A stretch of 37,900 bases of DNA from a virus (Duplodnaviria; Caudoviricetes), in IMG/VR virus record IMGVR_UViG_3300016476_000092, positions 1 through 37,900 of that record. One strand, written 5' to 3'. Under the pieces are notes generated by a model that saw only the letters and a program-made list of their open reading frames with translations, ran no database searches and was not told the origin of the DNA. Below are positions 34,186 to 37,900 of this stretch, in pieces (the first letter of the stretch is position 1; every line of letters begins with the position of its first letter). The position numbers were made by a program, and so were the translations under genes.

Positions 34186-34344
34186 CTACTTGATCTTGAC
34201 GGCAGACGGCTTGATCGTCTGGGTCTTCTCGGGCTGCATCAGAACGCCCTTGGGCGGAGTCGCGCCCGACGGCTCGGGTGCGACAATCGGCTTGTGCTCC
34301 GGGGGAGTCTGGAATGACCCCTGCGAAGTTCCGAACATCGACAT
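34186..34344 (-). CDS. Pro-rich hypothetical protein, 52 aa
   Basis: Translated by hand: MSMFGTSQGSFQTPPEHKPIVAPEPSGATPPKGVLMQPEKTQTIKPSAVKIK*. GGAGGT RBS. Confidence 0.7.
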   Translation of the reverse strand: MSMFGTSQGSFQTPPEHKPIVAPEPSGATPPKGVLMQPEKTQTIKPSAVKIK

Positions 34345-34364
34345 GTGTTACCTCCCCTCGGGCG

Positions 34365-36143
34365 CTACGCGATGGACCGCTGCATCACCGTGCGAGCCGC
34401 CATCGTCGGCTCTCCACTGTTCCTCAGCCCAGCGAGAAGTTGCTGCATCTGCTCGGGCTGAGCCTGCGGGGGAAGGCCGGGAGAGGGTGTGCCCTGTGGC
34501 CCAGCCATAGGTTGAGGGACCTCGGCACTCTCGGTAGCGGCCTCACCCGCAGGCGACTCTTGCTCAGGCTCAAACGCTTCCGCGACGGCCTGTTCAATAG
34601 GTACGCCCTTCTTCCGGGCGTCAATCACAGACGCGATCTGACGGATCGCAGTCTGTGGATCTTGACCCTGCGACGCCATCGCAGGGATTGCTTGGCTGTA
34701 GCCAGCCACGGACTGGAGCATGGAGTCGCGCAGCGCCTCCACGTCCATGATCTTCTCCTCCTCCGTCACATCCATCGAGACAGGGAGTTGGCGACGCACG
34801 AAAGCCTTGCTGAACAGCCCAGCACCCAGACCCTGAAGGGACCAGACGAGCGCCCGGTTGGGATCCAGTCCCGCCATGACGCCGTATTCGAAGTTGACAC
34901 GGGTGTTCCCCTTGATGTCGCGCGACGGGGTGTACTTGAGTTCGGCAGGCGTCCCATTCGTGATGGTCGCCACTTCCTTGTGCTCGTCCGGCCAGATCGC
35001 CTCGTCCATCTCCAGACACATGGACAGCGCGTCAGTGAGCGCGCTGCCCAGCATCACCTGTGCGACCTTGATGCGGGAGTCGAATCCACCCATGAGGGCC
35101 TGCACTCCGCGCCCGGTGACGATGGATCCGTCTACCTGACCGGCGCGAGCGTCGGGGAATCGGGCACCGAACTTCAGTTCCTCATCGAGAACACGGTTCT
35201 CGATCATCGCTGACTGGGGAAGTTCCAGTCCGACGCGACGGATCTTCTCCGGAGTGCCGGACCTGATGATCGAATCAGGTCCGAAGGCCATCTCCTGCAC
35301 GTCGTTCGGCAGGGCGATGGGCGCTTCGACAGCCTTCTGCGTGGCTTCAAGGTTCAGCAGCGCCAGTTTCGCCTTCGCTGCCCACACCCACAGGATGTCG
35401 TCGTATGCGCCACGGGGCTTGTCGGTGAGCGCAGGGCGCTCAGCGATGGAGATCGGGATGCGGGAGATCGGGTTCGGTACCGCATTCAGTACCAGACCGT
35501 CACGTTCCGGCAGGATCAGGTACTGCCCGTCGGTGTCCCAGAACCGGATGACCTCCAGTTCGGGGTTGTCCTCCTGCCCCCACTGCTTCTTCGGCAGGAT
35601 GATGTGGGCGTACTCGGGGTACAGGGCAGCGAGATCGTGCGCCCTACGGCGGAAGATCCGCGTGTAGCACACCAGACGGTGGAACCTGTCCTTCTCGTAG
35701 TACGAGCCAATCGGGTCACCGAGGGTGATGTGGGGCCGCTTCTCCTCGTAGTCCGGCTCCACGAGCACGGGCAGGAACGAGTACGTCATCATGCGGTCTG
35801 CGCCACCGATGTTCTCGGTGCCGAGACGGCTGGAGTACACGTAGTAGTTGACGATCTTGGTGAGCCGGTCAGCCTTGGACCGGCGGGACTCGTCAAGGAT
35901 CGAGTCACCGGCAGCCGTGAACGTGGGCAATGCGCCCACGGACTCGGCCACATCCTGCGCCACCACGTCAATCGTGTTGGCGACAATCGGCTCAGACCAG
36001 TCCTCAGGGAACAGCCCTTGGAACAGTTCACGCGAACGGCCAGTACGGACCAGAAGCATGCGCTTCATCGCCTCGTCGCGCTGCGCGTTCTCCTTCTGGA
36101 GGCGCTTGGCGTGCGACACGATCTCCTTGGCGTACTCAGCCAC
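34365..36143 (-). CDS. portal protein (podovirus head-tail connector type)
   Basis: Follows the terminase. IVANTID, TGRGVQALMGGFD, YGVMAGLDPNRAL and a Q/P-rich tail. Confidence 0.88.
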   Translation of the reverse strand: MAEYAKEIVSHAKRLQKENAQRDEAMKRMLLVRTGRSRELFQGLFPEDWSEPIVANTIDVVAQDVAESVGALPTFTAAGDSILDESRRSKADRLTKIVNYYVYSSRLGTENIGGADRMMTYSFLPVLVEPDYEEKRPHITLGDPIGSYYEKDRFHRLVCYTRIFRRRAHDLAALYPEYAHIILPKKQWGQEDNPELEVIRFWDTDGQYLILPERDGLVLNAVPNPISRIPISIAERPALTDKPRGAYDDILWVWAAKAKLALLNLEATQKAVEAPIALPNDVQEMAFGPDSIIRSGTPEKIRRVGLELPQSAMIENRVLDEELKFGARFPDARAGQVDGSIVTGRGVQALMGGFDSRIKVAQVMLGSALTDALSMCLEMDEAIWPDEHKEVATITNGTPAELKYTPSRDIKGNTRVNFEYGVMAGLDPNRALVWSLQGLGAGLFSKAFVRRQLPVSMDVTEEEKIMDVEALRDSMLQSVAGYSQAIPAMASQGQDPQTAIRQIASVIDARKKGVPIEQAVAEAFEPEQESPAGEAATESAEVPQPMAGPQGTPSPGLPPQAQPEQMQQLLAGLRNSGEPTMAARTVMQRSIA

Positions 36144-36154
36144 GCGCTACCTCC

Positions 36155-37900
36155 CTACACCCATGTCGATTGCTGTTGCCTTGACGTGAAGTACTCGTCA
36201 AGGTTCACGACCATCTGCCGTGACTTGTCCCTCTCGGACAAGAAGTTGTTCTTCCAGAAGGAAGACCTCCCAGAGCGGCCTCCCGACACCACTTCCCGTG
36301 CCCTCAGTTCCGCGAACCACAGGGCCATCACCGTGTCCTGACGCCTGTGCTTCGTCTTCACGGTGGGAGACCATGCGATCAACTCCTCCACCAGCAGTTT
36401 CGGTCCATGAGACTGGGTGCTGGGTAGGTGGATCAGGTTGTCCTTCTGATGGAACCGCTGGTTCGACTGCCCTGTGGCGGCGGTTCCGAACAGTCCCGAC
36501 ATGGATGCGACTCCGAAGTCAGGGTCCTGCTTGTTGTTGCCAGTGAAGTGCGGCTTCAGCACGATGCCCTTGTTCGCGAGGTACTGGTTCAGGGACTCGT
36601 CGTAGACGAGGAACCCCTGAAACGCATTCGCCTCCACGATCCACTCGTGCGGCCTGTAGGTTTCCGTCATCTCCTCGATGAGCGACCTGATCTGGGCCGG
36701 AGTCGGCCCGGACAGGACGCGCACATCCAGCACATACCGCTCACTCGTGCCCCGATGCACCGCATACGCCACCGCTGCCGTGTTCCCGGCAACCGCCGGG
36801 TCCATCGAACAGATCGTGTAGAACCCATCCGTCTGCGTCGGATGGCCCTTCAGGCCGGGGTTCAGCGGTCCCGCCTTGCGGAACTCGTTCACTGAACCCC
36901 GTACGCACACTGCATCGAAGGTCGAATCCTCTTCGATGTCCAGATTCTGGTAGACGAGCGACCACTTGCGGGGACCAACCTCGTTGCGGACCCGCGCCAG
37001 ACGCGGTCCAGTCCACCGGGGGTACAGCCCGTCCTCATCAGGCTCATCGCCCTCAACGAAGCACTCATCCGACTTCGGCCACAGGGTCTCCCACTGGTCC
37101 TCAGTCTCGCCGTACTCCAGTACGGCTGGCATCGACAGGTAGGTCCACGGGACCGTACCGTCGGTGTAATGCTCCGGGTTCCGCAGTTCCGAGTACAGGT
37201 CAATCGGGGCGACACGGGTGCCGACGATCAGCAACTGACCGCCCGGACCCAGACGGGTCGCGACCTCCTGCCGCACCCACTCCATCTGCTTCGGCCACTC
37301 GTTCGCGTTCGACAGCGTGACCGTGTCATCGAGGATGATCAGCCCAGCGCGTGAACCGTAGATCTGCCCACCCATGCCCAGTGCTTCTAGGGTCGGGTCC
37401 TTCTCAGACCCATCACGCGAGCCGGAGTCCAGATAGACCCGGGTCGCGGACCACTGCTCTGCACTGGCCTTCCACCCATCTACGGGGGCGAACGCCAACT
37501 GGAGATCCGCGTAACGCGGATGAGTGAGCCGCTGCTTGATGGCGAAGATCATCTTCTTCGCCATCTCCTGCGTCTTCGACACGATCATCACCGCGAGGTT
37601 CGGATCCTTGATGATCCGGTACGTCGCGTACTCAATCGTGATCGTCATGCTCTTCGCATGGTTCGGGGGGACGTTGATCAGCAGACGGCTCGTCCCTGCA
37701 CTCCCCGGCTCGTACACCATGTTCGGGTGCAGGCAGGGCGGCTCCTGACCTTCCAGAAGCGCCACCATGTTCAACTGGTGCGGGAACAACTTCCGCCCGA
37801 GGTACTTCTCTGCGAACTCGGTGAACGAGCCAGCATCCTGCTGGCGGGTCTCCGGGCTAGCCACATGCGTCCGGACCTTGTCGACCAGATCGGCCCAGTC
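36155..37900 (-). CDS. terL: terminase large subunit (5' end outside the window)
   Basis: INVPPNHAKS (Walker A), LIILDD (Walker B), IVGTR, SMDPA nuclease and QDTVMALWF. The frame is open to the window edge (DWADLVDKVRTHVASPE). Confidence 0.93.
   Translation of the reverse strand, partial: DWADLVDKVRTHVASPETRQQDAGSFTEFAEKYLGRKLFPHQLNMVALLEGQEPPCLHPNMVYEPGSAGTSRLLINVPPNHAKSMTITIEYATYRIIKDPNLAVMIVSKTQEMAKKMIFAIKQRLTHPRYADLQLAFAPVDGWKASAEQWSATRVYLDSGSRDGSEKDPTLEALGMGGQIYGSRAGLIILDDTVTLSNANEWPKQMEWVRQEVATRLGPGGQLLIVGTRVAPIDLYSELRNPEHYTDGTVPWTYLSMPAVLEYGETEDQWETLWPKSDECFVEGDEPDEDGLYPRWTGPRLARVRNEVGPRKWSLVYQNLDIEEDSTFDAVCVRGSVNEFRKAGPLNPGLKGHPTQTDGFYTICSMDPAVAGNTAAVAYAVHRGTSERYVLDVRVLSGPTPAQIRSLIEEMTETYRPHEWIVEANAFQGFLVYDESLNQYLANKGIVLKPHFTGNNKQDPDFGVASMSGLFGTAATGQSNQRFHQKDNLIHLPSTQSHGPKLLVEELIAWSPTVKTKHRRQDTVMALWFAELRAREVVSGGRSGRSSFWKNNFLSERDKSRQMVVNLDEYFTSRQQQSTWV

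Overview
This window is most of the genome of a high-GC, probably temperate actinobacterial phage with a podovirus-like virion module. No tape-measure or tail-tube gene, RNA polymerase or DNA polymerase is recognisable in the window. Almost all genes are on the - strand. From right to left they are: terminase large subunit (cut off by the window edge), portal, several small ORFs, a 2611-aa internal virion/polyvalent protein with an ADP-ribosyltransferase-like domain, three more probable ejection proteins, a structured intergenic region, scaffold, major capsid protein, a tail-fibre/adhesin cluster (collagen, Gly-rich, DUF285/Cys-rich, two small CxxC proteins, FN3 proteins), holin, a 32-aa metallothionein-like ORF, a CHAP/NlpC-like lysin, a secreted moron-like gene, tail adaptor and nozzle, and a free peptidoglycan-binding domain. 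A + strand tyrosine integrase and an Lsr2-like gene lie divergent from an L5-gp71-like repressor. Further left is a replication/regulation arm: Cas4-like exonuclease, DnaB/RecA-type helicase, Rpf-like transglycosylase, Holliday junction resolvase, WhiB, split primase, metallophosphoesterase and a sigma-like factor. The most striking element is a 79-nt RNA at 22363-22441 (-) with the tRNA-like domain of tmRNA (G3:U70 alanine acceptor stem, stemless D-loop, canonical T-arm) but no mRNA-like domain. All family assignments come from reading motifs by eye; no searches were run.
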